Source: Mobula hypostoma
Lineage: Eukaryota
Assembly: GCF_963921235.1 (NCBI RefSeq)
Contig: NC_086107.1
Coordinates: 115,508,001-115,572,000, forward strand
Direction: 5' to 3'
DNA: 64,000 nt
Below, piece after piece: positions 25,101 through 39,139 of the stretch. The position numbers were made by a program, and so were the translations under genes. The notes beneath the pieces are model-generated. The model saw only the letters and a list, made by a program, of their open reading frames with translations, searched no databases and had not been told where the DNA came from. Position 1 is the first letter of the stretch; the number at the start of each line of letters is the position of its first letter.

Positions 25101-28100
25101 CCCACACCTCCCCGTCTCTGTCCCCACACCCTTCCCGTCTCTGAGTCCCCACACCCTTCCCGTCTCTGAGTCCCCACCCCTCCCCGTCTCTGAGTCCCCA
25201 CACCCCCCCCCGTCTCTGTCCCCACACCCCTCCCCGTCTCTGAGTCTGTCACCCCTTCCCCCCTCTCTGTCCCCTCTCTCGTCCCCACACCTCCCCGTCT
25301 CTGTCCCCACACCCCTCCCTGTCTCTGAGTCCCCACACCCCCCCCGTCTCTGAGTCCCCACACCCCTCCTGTCTCTGAGTCCCCACACCCCCCCGTCTCT
25401 GTCCCCACACCCTTCCTGTCTCTGAGTCCCCACACCCCTCCCCCGTCTCTGAGTCCCCACACCCCCCCGTCTCTGTCCGAGTCCCCACACCCCCCCCGTC
25501 TCTGAGTCCCCACACCCCCCCCGTCTCTGTCCCCACACCCCCCCGTCTCTGTCCCCACACCCCCCCCCGTCTCTGTCCCCCCACCCCTCCCCGTCTCTGT
25601 CCCCACACCCTTCCCGTCTCTGAGTCCCCACACCCTTCCCGTCTCTGAGTCCCCACACCCCCCCCCGTCTCTGTCCCCACACCCCCCCCGTCTCTGTCCC
25701 CACACCCTTCCCGTCTCTGAGTCCCCACACCCCCCCCGTCTCTGTCCCCACACCCTTCCCGTCTCTGAGTCCCCACACCCCCCCCCGTCTCTGTCCCCAC
25801 ACCCCCCCCCGTCTCTGTCCCCACACCCCCCCCGTCTCTGAGTCCCCACACCCTTCCCGTCTCTGTCCCCACACCCCCCCCCTCGTTCTCTGTCCCCACA
25901 CCCTTCCCGTCTCTGAGTCCCCACACCCTTCCCGTCTCTGTCCCCACACCTCCCCGTCTCTGTCCCCACACCCCCCCCGTCTCTGAGTCCCCACACCCTT
26001 CCTGTCTCTGAGTCCCCACACCCTTCCCGTCTCTGTCACCACACCCTTCCCGTCTCTGTCCCCACACCTCCCCGTCTCTGTCCCCACACCCCCCCCCGTC
26101 TCTGAGTCCCCACACCCTTCCTGTCTCTGAGTCCCCACACCCTTCCCGTCTCTGTCCCCACACCCCCCCCTCTGTCCCCACACCCTTCCCGTCTCTGAGT
26201 CCCCACACCCTTCCCGTCTCTGTCCCCACACCTCCCCGTCTCTGTCCCCACACCCCCCCCCGTCTCTGAGTCCCCACACCCTTCCTGTCTCTGAGGTCCC
26301 ACACCCCCCCGTCTCTGTCCCCACACCCCCCCGTCTCTGAGTCCCCACACCCCCCTGTCTCTGTCCCCACACCCCTCCCTGTCTCTGAGTCCCCACACCC
26401 CCCCCGTCTCTGTCCCCACACCCCCCCGTCTCTGAGTCCCCACACCCCCCTGTCTCTGTCCCCACACCCCCCCGTCTCTGAGTCCCCACACCCCCCCCGT
26501 CTCTGTCCCCACACCCTTCCTGTCTCTGTCCCCACACCCCCCCCGTCTCTGTCCCCACACCCCCCCGTCTCTGAGTCCCCACACCCCCCCCCGTCTCTGT
26601 CCCCACACCCCCCCGTCTCTGAGTCCCCACACCCCCCCCCGTCTCTGTCCCCACACCCTTCCCGTCTCTGAGGTCCCACACCCCCCCCCGTCTCTGTCCC
26701 CACACCCTCCCCGTCTCTGAGTCCCCACACCCCCCCCCGTCTCTGTCCCCCCACCCCTCCCCGTCTCTGTCCCCACACCCCTCCCCGTCTCTGAGTCTGT
26801 CACCCCCCCGTCTCTGTCCCCACACCCCCCCGTCTCTGAAATCCCACACCCCTCCCCGTCTCTGTCCCCACACCCTTCCCGTCTCTGAGTCCCCACACCT
26901 CCCCCCGTCTCTGTCCCCACACCCTTCCCGTCTCTGAGTCCCCACACCCTTCCCCGTCTCTGTCCCCACACCCCCCCGTCTCTGAGTCCATCACCCCCTG
27001 TATCTGAGTCTCCACACCCCCGTCTCTGAATCCCCACACCTCCCCGTCTCTGAGGTCCCACACCCCCCCCCGTCTCTGTCCCCACACCCTCCCCGTCTCT
27101 GAGTCCCCACACCCCCCCCGTCTCTGTCCCCCCACCCCTCCCCGTCTCTGTCCCCACACCCCTCCCCGTCTCTGAGTCTGTCACCCCCCCGTCTCTGTCC
27201 CCACACCCCCCCGTCTCTGAAATCCCACACCCCTCCCCGTCTCTGTCCCCACACCCTTCCCGTCTCTGAGTCCCCACACCTCCCCCCGTCTCTGTCCCCA
27301 CACCCTTCCCGTCTCTGAGTCCCCACACCCTTCCCCGTCTCTGTCCCCACACCCTTCCCGTCTCTGAGTCCCCACACCCCCCCCCGTCTCTGTCCCCACA
27401 CCCCCCCCGTCTCTGAGTCCCCACACCCCTCCCTGTCTCTGTCCCCACACCCTTCCCGTCTCTGAGTCCCCACACCCCCCCCCGTCTCTGTCCCCACACC
27501 CCCCCGTCTCTGAGTCCCCACACCCCCCCCCGTCTCTGTCCCCACACCCTTCCCGTCTCTGTCCCCACACCCTTCCCGTCTCTGTCCCCACACCCCTCCC
27601 GTCTCTGAGTCCCCACACCCCCCCCGTCTCTGTCCCCACACCCCTCCCGTCTCTGAGTCCCCACACCCCCCCCGTCTCTGTCCCCACACCCTTCCTGTCT
27701 CTGAGTCCCCACACCTCCCCCCGTCTCTGTCCCCACACCCTTCCTGTCTCTGAGTCCCCACACCCCCCCCCCCGTCTCTGTCCCCACACCCTTCCCGTCT
27801 CTGAGGTCCCCACACCCCTCCCTGTCTCTGTCCCCACACCCTTCCCGTCTCTGTCCCCACACCCTTCCCGTCTCTGAGTCCCCACACCCCCCCCCGTCTC
27901 TGTCCCCACACCCTTCCCGTCTCTGAGGTCCCACACCCCTCCCCGTCTCTGTCCCCACACCCTTCCCGTCTCTGAGTCCCCACACCCCCCCCGTCTCTGA
28001 GTCCCCACACCCCCCCCGTCTCTGAGTCCCCACACCCTTCCCGTCTCTGTCCCCACACCCCCCCGTCTCTGTCCCCACACCCCTCCCGTCTCTGTCCCCA

Positions 28101-31100
28101 CACCCCTTCCCGTCTCTGAGTCCCCACACCCCCCCCGTCTCTGTCCCCACACCCTTCCCGTCTCTGTCCCCACACCCCTCCCGTCTCTGTCCCCACACCT
28201 CCCCGTCTCTGAGTCCCCACACCCCCCCTCGTCTCTGTCCCCACACCCTTCCTGTCTCTGAGTCCCCACACCCCTCCCTGTCTCTGTCCCCACACCTCCC
28301 CGTCTCTGTCCCCACACCTCCCCGTCTCTGTCCCCACACCCCCCCCGTCTCTGTCCCCACACCCCTCCCGTCTCTGAGTCCCCACACCCCTCCCTGTCTC
28401 TGTCCCCACACCTCCCCGTCTCTGTCCCCACACCCCCCCGTCTCTGTCCCCACACCCTTCCTGTCTCTGAGTCCCCACACCCCCCCGTCTCTGAGTCCCC
28501 ACACCTCCCCGTCTCTGAGTCCCCACACCCCCCCCGTCTCTGTCCCCACACCCTTCCCGTCTCTGTCCCCACACCCTTCCCGTCTCTGAGGTCCCACACC
28601 CCCCCCGTCTCTGTCCCCACACCCTTCCCGTCTCTGTCCCCACACCCTTCCCGTCTCTGAGGTCCCACACCCCCCCCCGTCTCTGTCCCCACACCCTTCC
28701 CGTCTCTGTCCCCACAATTTTCCCGTCTCTGAGGTCCCACACCCCTCCCTGTCTCTGTCCCCACACCCCTCCCCATCTCTGAGTCTGTCACCCCCCCGTC
28801 TCTGTCCCCCCCCCCCTCCCCGTCTCTGTCCCCACACCCCTCCCCGTCTCTGTCCCCACACCCTTCCTGTCTCTGAGTCCCCACACCCCTCCCTGTCTCT
28901 GTCCCCACACCTCCCCGTCTCTGTCCCCACACCCCCCCCCGTCTCTGTCCCCACACCCTTCCTGTCTCTGAGTCCCCACACCCCCCCCCCGTCTCTGTCC
29001 CCACACCCTTCCCGTCTCTGAGGTCCCACACCCCTCCCTGTCTCTGTCCCCACACCCCCCCGTCTCTGAGTCCCCACACCCTTCCCGTCTCTGAGTCCCC
29101 ACACCTCCCCGTCTCTGTCCCCACACCCTTCCCGTCTCTGAGGTCCCACACCCCTCCCCGTCTCTGTCCCCACACCCTTCCCGTCTCTGAGTCCCCACAC
29201 CCTTCCCGTCTCTGAGTCCCCACACCTCCCCGTCTCTGTCCCCACACCCTTCCCGTCTCTGAGGTCCCACACCCCTCCCTGTCTCTGAGTCCCCACACCC
29301 TTCCCGTCTCTGAGTCCCCACACCCCCCCCCGTCTCTGAGTCCCCACACCTCCCCGTCTCTGTCCCCACACCCTTCCCGTCTCTGAGTCCCCACACCCCT
29401 CCTGTCTCTGAGTCCCCACACCTCCCCGTCTCTGTCCCCACACCCTTCCCGTCTCTGAGGTCCCACACCCCTCCCTGTCTCTGTCCCCACACCCTTCCCG
29501 TCTCTGAGTCCCCACACCCCTCCTGTCTCTGAGTCCCCACACCCCCCCCCGTCTCTGTCCCCACACCCTTCCTGTCTCTGAGTCCCCACACCCCCCCCGT
29601 CTCTGTCCCCACACCCTTCCCGTCTCTGTCCCCACACCCCTCCCGTCTCTGTCCCCACACCCCTCCGTCTCTGAGGTCCCACACCCCTCCCTGTCTCTGT
29701 CCCCACACCCCCCCGTCTCTGAGTCCCCACACCCTTCCCGTCTCTGAGGTCCCACACCCTTCCCGTCTCTGAGGTCCCACACCCCCCCCCGTCTCTGTCC
29801 CCGCACCCTTCCTGTCTCTGAGTCCCCACACCCCCCCCGTCTCTGTCCCCACACCCCCCCGTCTCTGAGGTCCCACACCCCTCCCTGTCTCTGTCCCCAC
29901 ACCCCCCGTCTCTGTCCCCACACCCCTCCCGTCTCTGTCCCCACACCTCCCCGTCTCTGTCCCCACACCCCTCCCGTCTCTGTCCCCACACCCCTCCCTG
30001 TCTCTGAGGTCCCACACCCCTCCCTGTCTCTGTCCCCACACCCTTCCCGTCTCTGAGTCCCCACACCTCCCCGTCTCTGTCCCCACACCCTTCCCGTCTC
30101 TGAGGTCCCACACCCCTCCCTGTCTCTGTCCCCACACCCTTCCCGTCTCTGAGTCCCCACACCCCTCCTGTCTCTGAGTCCCCACACCCCCCCCCCGTCT
30201 CTGTCCCCACACCCTTCCTGTCTCTGAGTCCCCACACCCCCCCCCGTCTCTGTCCCCACACCCTTCCCGTCTCTGTCCCCACACCCCTCCCGTCTCTGTC
30301 CCCACACCCCTCCGTCTCTGAGGTCCCACACCCCTCCCTGTCTCTGTCCCCACACCCCCCCGTCTCTGAGTCCCCACACCCTTCCCGTCTCTGAGGTCCC
30401 ACACCCTTCCCGTCTCTGAGGTCCCACACCCCCCCCCGTCTCTGTCCCCACACCCTTCCTGTCTCTGAGTCCCCACACCCCCCCCCGTCTCTGTCCCCAC
30501 ACCCCCCCGTCTCTGAGGTCCCACACCCCTCCCTGTCTCTGTCCCCACACCCCCCCGTCTCTGTCCCCACACCCCTCCCGTCTCTGAGTCCCCACACCCC
30601 CCGTCTCTGTCCCCACACCCCTCCCGTCTCTGTCCCCACACCTCCCCGTCTCTGTCCCCACACCCCTCCCGTCTCTGTCCCCACACCCCTCCCTGTCTCT
30701 GAGGTCCCACACCCCTCCCTGTCTCTGTCCCCACACCCTTCCCGTCTCTGAGTCCCCACACCCTTCCCGTCTCTGTCCCCACACCTCCCCGTCTCTGTCC
30801 CCACACCCCTCCCGTCTCTGAGTCCCCACACCCCCCGTCTCTGAGTCCATCACCCCCTGTATCTGAGTCTCCACACCCCCGTCTCTGAATCCCCACACCT
30901 CCCCGTCTCTGTCCCCACACCCCTCCCGTCTCTGAGTCCCCACACCCCCCGTCTCTGAGTCCATCACCCCCTGTATCTGAGTCTCCACACCCCCGTCTCT
31001 GAATCCCCACATCCCCCCATCTCTGAGTCTCCACACCCCTCCCCGTCTCTGAGTCCCCACACCACCCCGTCTCTATCCCCGTCACCGCCCATCTCTGTCC

Positions 31101-31945
31101 CCGTCACACCCCCGTCTCTGAGTCCGTCACCCCTCCCCGTCTCTGTCCCCACACCCATCCCCGTCTCTGAGTCCGTCACCCCCCCGTCTCTGTCCCCACA
31201 CCCCCGTCTCTGAAATCCCACACCCTCCCCATCTCTCTGAGTCCCCACACCCCCCCGTCTCTGTCCCCCCACCCCTCCCCGTCTCCGAGTCCGTCACCCC
31301 CTCCCGTCACTGAGTCCGTCACCCCTCCCCGTCTCTGTCCCCACACCCCTCCGTCTCTGAAATCCCACACCCTCCCCATCTCTGAGTCCCCACACCTCCC
31401 CGTCTCTGTCCCCACACCCCTCCCCGTCTCTGAGTCCCCACACCCCCCCGTCTCTGTCCCCCCACCCCTCCCCGTCTCTGTCCCCACACCCCTCCCCGTC
31501 TCTGAGTCTGTCACCCCCCCGTCTCTGTCCCCACACCCCCCCGTCTCTGTCCCCACACCCCTCCCCGTCTCTGAGTCCGTCACCCCTCCCCGTCTCTGTC
31601 CCCACACCCCCCGTCTCTGAAATCCCACACCCTCCCCGTCTCTGAATCCCCACACCGCCCCGTCTCTGTCCCCCCACCCCTCCCCGTCTCTGAGTCCGTC
31701 ACCCCCTCCCGTCTCTGAGTCCGTCACCCCCTCCCGTCTCTGAGTCCCCACACCTCCCCGTCTCTGAGTCCGTCACCCCTCCCCGTCTCTGAGTCCCCAC
31801 ACCCTCCCCGTCTCTGAGTCCGTCACTCCTCCCCGTCTCTGTCCATCACCCCTCCCCATCTCTGAGTCCCCACACTCCCCGTCTCTGTCCCCACACCCCT
31901 CCCATCTCTGAGTCTCCACACCCCTCCCCGTCTCTGAGTCCGTCA
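16119..31945. repeat. C-rich tandem satellite, ~24-27-bp unit CCGTCTCTG(AG)TCCCCACACCCCCC
   Basis: Continuous array with TGTCC/TGAGTCC variants; units become more divergent towards 31945. Confidence 0.98.
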
Positions 31946-31951
31946 GCCTGA

Positions 31952-32344
<393 letters not shown>

Positions 32345-32834
32345 TAGGAGAGGGGGATGGGGAGAGAATGGGGTGGGGAAGTTGGTGGGAGGAGAGAGGA
32401 TGGGAGGTAGAGAGCTGGGAGGACAGGGGTGAGGGAGAGCAGAGCAGAGATAGGGGTGTGGAGGTAGATGAAGAGAGGTGAGGGGAGGGAGAGGTGGGAG
32501 GCAGAGTGATGGCAGAAGGAAAGGTGAGGGAGAAACGTTTGGCTGTAGAGAGGGGGAAGTGTGAGGAGAAAAGTGGCAAGAGAGCAGTGAGAGACGGGGA
32601 GGGGCGAGGAGAGAGCGGGGAGAGAGAGGGGAAGGGTGCAGGGTGAAGTGGGTGGTGGATGGGCAGAGAGATGAGCGGAGAATCAGCCTGGGGAAACGCT
32701 GATGTCCTCAGGACAAACTGTTCTCTGTGTCCCTCGGAAGGTTCTGTCATCCCTATGTGCTCCTGGATACGAGGCCACACAATCTGGATCACACCCGTAA
32801 ATGTCAGTATCTACACCTACGATGAACACAAATG

Positions 32835-33255
<421 letters not shown>

Positions 33256-33269
33256 TAACCCCATTGCTC

Positions 33270-34142
33270 TGACCTCGGAAGTGTGTGATGGGACGGTGTG
33301 GAGGGAGATTCACTCTGTGTCTGACCCCGGGAGTGTGTGATGGGACGGTGTGGAGGGAGATTCACTCTGTGTCTGACCCCGGGAGTGTGTGATGGGACGG
33401 TGTGGAGGGAGATTCACTCTGTGTCTGACCCCGGGAGTGTGTGATGGGACGGTGTGGAGGGAGCTTCACTCTGTGTGTCTGACCCCGGGAGTGTGTGATG
33501 GGACGGTGTGGAGGGAGATTCACTCTGTGTCTGACCCCGGGAGTGTGTGATGGGACGGTGTGGAGGGAGCTTCACTCTGTGTCTGACCCCGGGAGTGTGT
33601 GATGGGACGGTGTGGAGGGAGCTTCACTCTGTGTCTGACCCCGGGAGGGTGTGATGGGACAGTGTGGAGGGAGTTTCACTCTGTGTCTGACCCCGGGAGT
33701 GTGTGATGGGACGGTGTGGAGGGAGCTTCACTCTGTGCCTGACCCCGGGAGTGTGTGATGGGACGGTGTGGAGAGAGTTTCACTCTGTGCCTGACCCCGG
33801 GAGTGTGTGATGGGACGGTGTGGGGGGAGTTTCACTCTGTGTCTGACCCCGGGAGTGTGTGATGGGACGGTGTGGAGGGAGATTCACTCTGTTTCTGAAC
33901 CCGGGAGTGTGTGATGGGACGGTGTGGAGGGAGCTTCACTCTGTGTCTGACCCCGGGAGTGTGTGATGGGACGGTGTGGAGGGAGCTTCACTCTGTGTCT
34001 GACCCCGGGAGTGTGTGATGGGACGGTGTGGAGGGAGCTTCACTCTGTGTCTGACCCCGGGAGTGTGTTGATGGGACGGTGTGGAGGGAGTTTCACTCTG
34101 TGTCTGACCCCGGGAGTGTGTGATGGGACGGTGTGGAGGGAG
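33270..34142 (+). repeat. 52-bp minisatellite array (GTGTGTGATGGGACGGTGTGGAGGGAGATTCACTCTGTGTCTGACCCCGGGA)
   Basis: Period 52 (33281 to 33333), ~17 copies. Confidence 0.95.
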
Positions 34143-34197
34143 TCTGTCCTTGTGTCTGAACTTTGTGTTAACCCCTCTATGAGTCCACTACCCCTGA

Positions 34198-34410
<213 letters not shown>

Positions 34411-34480
34411 TAACCTGGCGTGTCGCTCTCTCTCTGTCCACCCTTTGACAACACTGAGTGTCTGCGTCACTGTCACAACC

Positions 34481-35815
34481 CAGAAACGTGTGAAGTGAGG
34501 TTGGAAGGCAGTCTAAAAGGTCAATGGCAACATTCAACAGTCTGGAGTAACAGAGGGAACTTCGGGGCCACATCGATAGATTCCTCAAAGTTGCTCTGCA
34601 AGTGAACAGGATGGATAAGAAGGTGTTTGGTATGCTGGTCTTCATTAGTCAGGGGATTGGGTCCAAGAGCCGTGAGGTAATGTTACAGCTCTATAAAACC
34701 TAGTTAGACCACACTTGGGATATTGTGTTCTGTTCTGGTCACCTCATTATAGGGAGCATACAGAAGCTTTAGAGAAGGTGTAGAGGAGATTCACCAGGAT
34801 GCTGCCTGGATTAGAGAGGGTGTAGAGGAGATTCACCAGGATGCTGCCTGGATTAGAGAGGGTGTAGAGGAGATTCACCAGGATGCTGCCTGGATTAGAG
34901 AGGGTGCAGAGGAGATTTACCTGGATGCTGCCTGGATTAGAGAGGGTGCAGAGGAGATGCACCAGGATGCTGTCTGTATTAGAGAGGGTGCAGAGGAGAT
35001 TTACCTGGATGCTGCCTGGATTAGAGAGGGTGCAGAGGAGATGCACCAGGATGCTGTCTGTATTAGAGAGGGTGTAGAGGAGATTCACCAGGATGCTGCC
35101 TGGATTAGAGAGGGTGTAGAGAAGATTCACCAGGATGCTGCCTGGATTAGAGAGGGTGCAGAGGAGATTTACCTGGATGCTGCCTGGATTAGAGAGGGTG
35201 CAGAGGGGATTTACCAGGATGCTGCCTGGATTAGAGAGGGTGCAGAGGAGATTCACCAGGATGCTGCCTGGATTAGAGAGGGTGCAGAGGGGATTTACCT
35301 GGATGCTGCCTGGATTAGAGAGGGTGCAGAGGAGATTTACCAGGATGCTGCCTGGATTAGAGAGGGCGCAGAGGAGATTCACCAGGATGCTTCCCAGATT
35401 AGAGAGCATGTCATGATAAGAGGTTGGCTGAGGTATGCCTTTCTCATTGGAGCAAAGGAGGATGAGAGATGACTTGGTAGAGGAGTGTAAAATGATTCGA
35501 GGCATCAATAGAGTGGACACTCGGAGACGCTTTCCCGTGTGGAAATGGCTAGTGCAAGGGGACTTAGTTATTTGGGAGAAGTTATAGGGGGATGTCAGAG
35601 ATAGTTTTTTGACATAGAGGGTGGTGGGTGTGTGGAACATGCTGCTAGGCGTGATGGTAGAGACAGATACATTAGCAGCATTTAGGAAACTCTTAGATAG
35701 CTACATGGATGAGAGGAAAATGGAGGGTTTGTGGGATGAAAGGATTGGATTGATCTTCAAAGTCTGGCACAAAATCACGTGCTAAAGGGCCTGTACTACA
35801 GTGCTGTACTGTTCT
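34481..35815 (+). mobile_element. Degenerate CR1-type LINE 3' fragment with an internal 42-bp tandem expansion (34768-35406)
   Basis: ORF2 C-terminal motif LERVQRRFTRMLPGL repeated ~15 times; 3' tail GGGCCTGTACTACAGTGCTGTACTGTTCT. Confidence 0.85.
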
Positions 35816-35834
35816 TGTGTTCAGTGTTACTGAC

Positions 35835-38800
35835 TCAGGCAGGGGGACAGGGAGGGGCGTAGACAGTGAGCTGGGATATTGGGACCGTCAGCAGGAGGGT
35901 CGGGGGACAGGGAGGCGCGTAGACAGTCAGCTGGGATATCGGGACGGTCAGCGGGGGGTCGGGGGACGGGGAGGAGTGTACACGGTCAGATGGGATATCG
36001 GGACGGTCAGGGGGGTCAGGGGGACAGGGAGGGGCGTAGACAGTCAGCTGGGATATCGGGATGGACAGGGGGGTCAGGGGGACAGGGAGGGGCGTAGACA
36101 GTCAGCTGGGATATCGGGATAGTCAGCAGGAGGGACGGGAGACGGAGAGGGGCGTGGACAGTCAGCTGGGATATCGGGATGGACAGGGGGGTCGGAGGAC
36201 AGAGAGGGGCGTAGACAGTCAGCTGGGATATCGGGATGGACAGGGGGGTCGGAGGACAGAGAGGGGCGTGGACAGTCAGCTGGGATATCGGGACGGTCAG
36301 CGGGGGGTCGGGGGACGGGGAGGAGTGTACACGGTCAGATGGGATATCGGGACGGTCAGGGGGGTCAGGGGGACAGGGAGGGGCGTAGACAGTCAGCTGG
36401 GATATCGGGATAGTCAGCAGGAGGGACGGGAGACAGAGAGGGGCGTGGACAGTCAGCTGGGATATCGGGACGGTCAGCAGGAGGGTCAGGGGACAGAGAG
36501 GGGTGTACACGGTCAGCTGGGATATCGGGACAGTCAGCAGGGGGGTCGGAGGACAGAGAGGGGCGTGGACAGTCAGCTGGGATATCGGGATGGTCAGCAG
36601 GGGGGTCGGAGGACAGGGAGGAGTGTACACGGTCAGATGGGATATCGGGACGGTCAGCAGGGGGGTCGGAGGATAGAGAGGGGCGTGGACAGTCAGCTGG
36701 GATATCGGGACGGTCAGCGGGGGGTCGGGGGACAGGGAGGAGTGTACACGGTCAGATGGGATATCGGGACGGTCAGCAGGGGGGTCGGAGGATAGAGAGG
36801 GGCGTGGACAGTCAGCTGGGATATCGGGATGGTCAGCAGGTGGGCCAGGGGGATAGGGAGGGGCGTAGACAGTCAGCTGGGATATCGGGACGGTCAGCGG
36901 GGGGTCGGGGGACAGGAAGGAGTGTACACGGTCAGATGGGATATTGGGACGGTCAGCAGGTGGGTCAGGGGGATAGGGAGGGGCGTAGACAGTCAGCTGG
37001 GATATCGGGATGGTCAGCAGGAGGGTCGGGGGACAGAGAGGAGTGTACATGGTCAGCTGGGATATCGGGACAGTCAGCAGGGGGGTCGGAGGACAGAGAG
37101 GGGCGTGGACAGTCAGCTGGGATATCGGGATGGTCAGCAGGGGGGTCGGAGGACAGAGAGGAGTGTACATGGTCAGCTGGGATATCGGGATGGACAGTGG
37201 GGTCAGGGGGACAGAGGGGTGTAGACAGTCAGCTGGGATATCGGGATGGACAGGGGGGTCGGGGGACAGGGAGGAGTGTACACGGTCAGCTGGGATATCG
37301 GGATGGACAGGGGGGTCGGGGGACAGGGAGGAGTGTACACGGTCAGATGGGATATCGGGACGGTCAGCAGGGGGGTCGGAGGATAGAGAGGGGCGTGGAC
37401 AGTCAGCTGGGATATCGGGATGGTCAGCAGGGGGGTCGGGGGACAGAGGGGTGTACACGGTCAGCTGGGATATCGGGACGGTCAGCAGGGGAGTCAGAGG
37501 ATAGAGAGGGGCGTGGACAGTCAGCTGGGATATCGGGATGGACAGGGGGGTCGGGGGACAGGGAGGAGTGTACACGGTCAGCTGGGATATCGGGACGGTC
37601 AGCGGGGGGTCGGAGGATAGAGCGGGGTGTACATGGTCAGCTGGGATATCGGGATGGACAGGGGGGTCAGGGGGACAGAGAGGGGTGTAGACAGTCAGCT
37701 GGGATATCGGGATGGACAGGGGGGTCGGGGGACAGGGAGGAGTGTACACGGTCAGCTGGGATATCGGGACGGTCAGCGGGGGGTCGGAGGATAGAGCGGG
37801 GTGTACATGGTCAGCTGGGATATCAGGATGGACAGGGGGGTCAGGGGGACAGAGAGGGGTGTAGACAGTCAGCTGGGATATCGGGATGGACAGGGGGGTC
37901 AGGGGGACAGGGAGGGGCGTGGACAGTCAGCTGGGATATTGGGATGGTCAGCAGGGGGGTCGGGGGACAGAGAGGGGTGTACTCGGTCTGCTGGGATATC
38001 GGGATGGACGGGGGGTCAGGGGGACAGAGAGGGGTGTAGACAGTCAGCTGGGATATCGGGATGGTCAGCAGGAGGGTCGGGGGACAGAGAGGGGTGTACA
38101 TGGTCAGCTGGGATATCGGGATGGACAGGGGGTTCAGGAGGACAGAGGGGTGTACACAGTCAGCTGGGATATCGGGATGGTCAGCAGGGGTGTCGGGGGA
38201 CAGGGAGGAGTGTACACAGTCAGATGGGATATCGGGACGGTCAGCAGGGGGGTCGGGGGACAGAGGGGTGTACACGGTCAGCTGGGATATCCGGACAGAC
38301 AGGGGGGTCAGGGGGACAGAGAGGGGTGTAGACAGTCAGCTGGGATATCAGGACGGACAGGGGGGTCGGGGGACAGAGGGGTGTACACGGTCAGCTGTGA
38401 TATCGGGATGGTCAGGGGGGTCAGGGGACAGGGAGGAGTGTACACGGTCAGATGGGATATCGGGATGATCAGGGGGGCCAGGGGGACAGAGAGGGGAGTA
38501 GACAGTCAGCTGGGATATCGGGATGGTCAGCAGGGGGGTCGGGGGACAGGGGCATAGACAGTCAGCTGGGATATCGGGACGGTCAGCAGGAGGGTCGGGG
38601 GACAGAGAGGGGTGTACACGGTCAGCTGGGATATCGGGATGGTCAGCAGGAGGGTCGGGGGACAGAGAGGGGTGTACACGGTCAGCTGGGATATCGGGAT
38701 GGTCAGCAGGAGGGTCGGGGGACAGAGAGGGGTGTACACGGTCAGCTGTGATATCGGGATGGTCAGCAGGGGGGTCGGGGGACAGAGGGGTGTACACGGT

Positions 38801-38878
38801 CAGCTGGGATATCGGGATGGTCAGGGGGACAGAGGGGTGTAGACAGTCAGCTGGGATATTGGGATGGTCAGCAGGAGG
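35835..38878. repeat. Minisatellite, ~57-60-bp unit with core GTCAGCTGGGATATCGGGA
   Basis: About 50 tandem units with a conserved core. Confidence 0.95.
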
Positions 38879-39139
38879 GGTAACAGCTGCTGGACCCTCA
38901 TTTTATATGTCCACCACTGATCTGACCCCATCCACCATCTCCCACAGTGATGGTTCACTCCCCCTCCCTCCCCACTAACCTCCTCCCCTCATGCCTCAGT
39001 TCAACTCTGAGTGATCACGTGACAACTAAACTCTGGGTGACTGCAAAACAATTAAGCTCTGAGTGAACACAGAAATTCATACCATTCGAAAAATGATAAC
39101 AGCAGTCTGCTGTATCTGTGCCTCTCATAATCTTGTAAG

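Noticed and set aside
15..31751. Very long Gly/Arg/Glu-rich ORFs (up to 2331 aa)
   Set aside because: Open in all three frames because the satellite units lack stop codons; G-run indels are not multiples of three, so there is no coding constraint
33270..34142. CRISPR-like regular repeats (also 35835-38878 and 55248-56478)
   Set aside because: No unique spacers, no cas genes, and a eukaryotic intron context; these are plain tandem repeats
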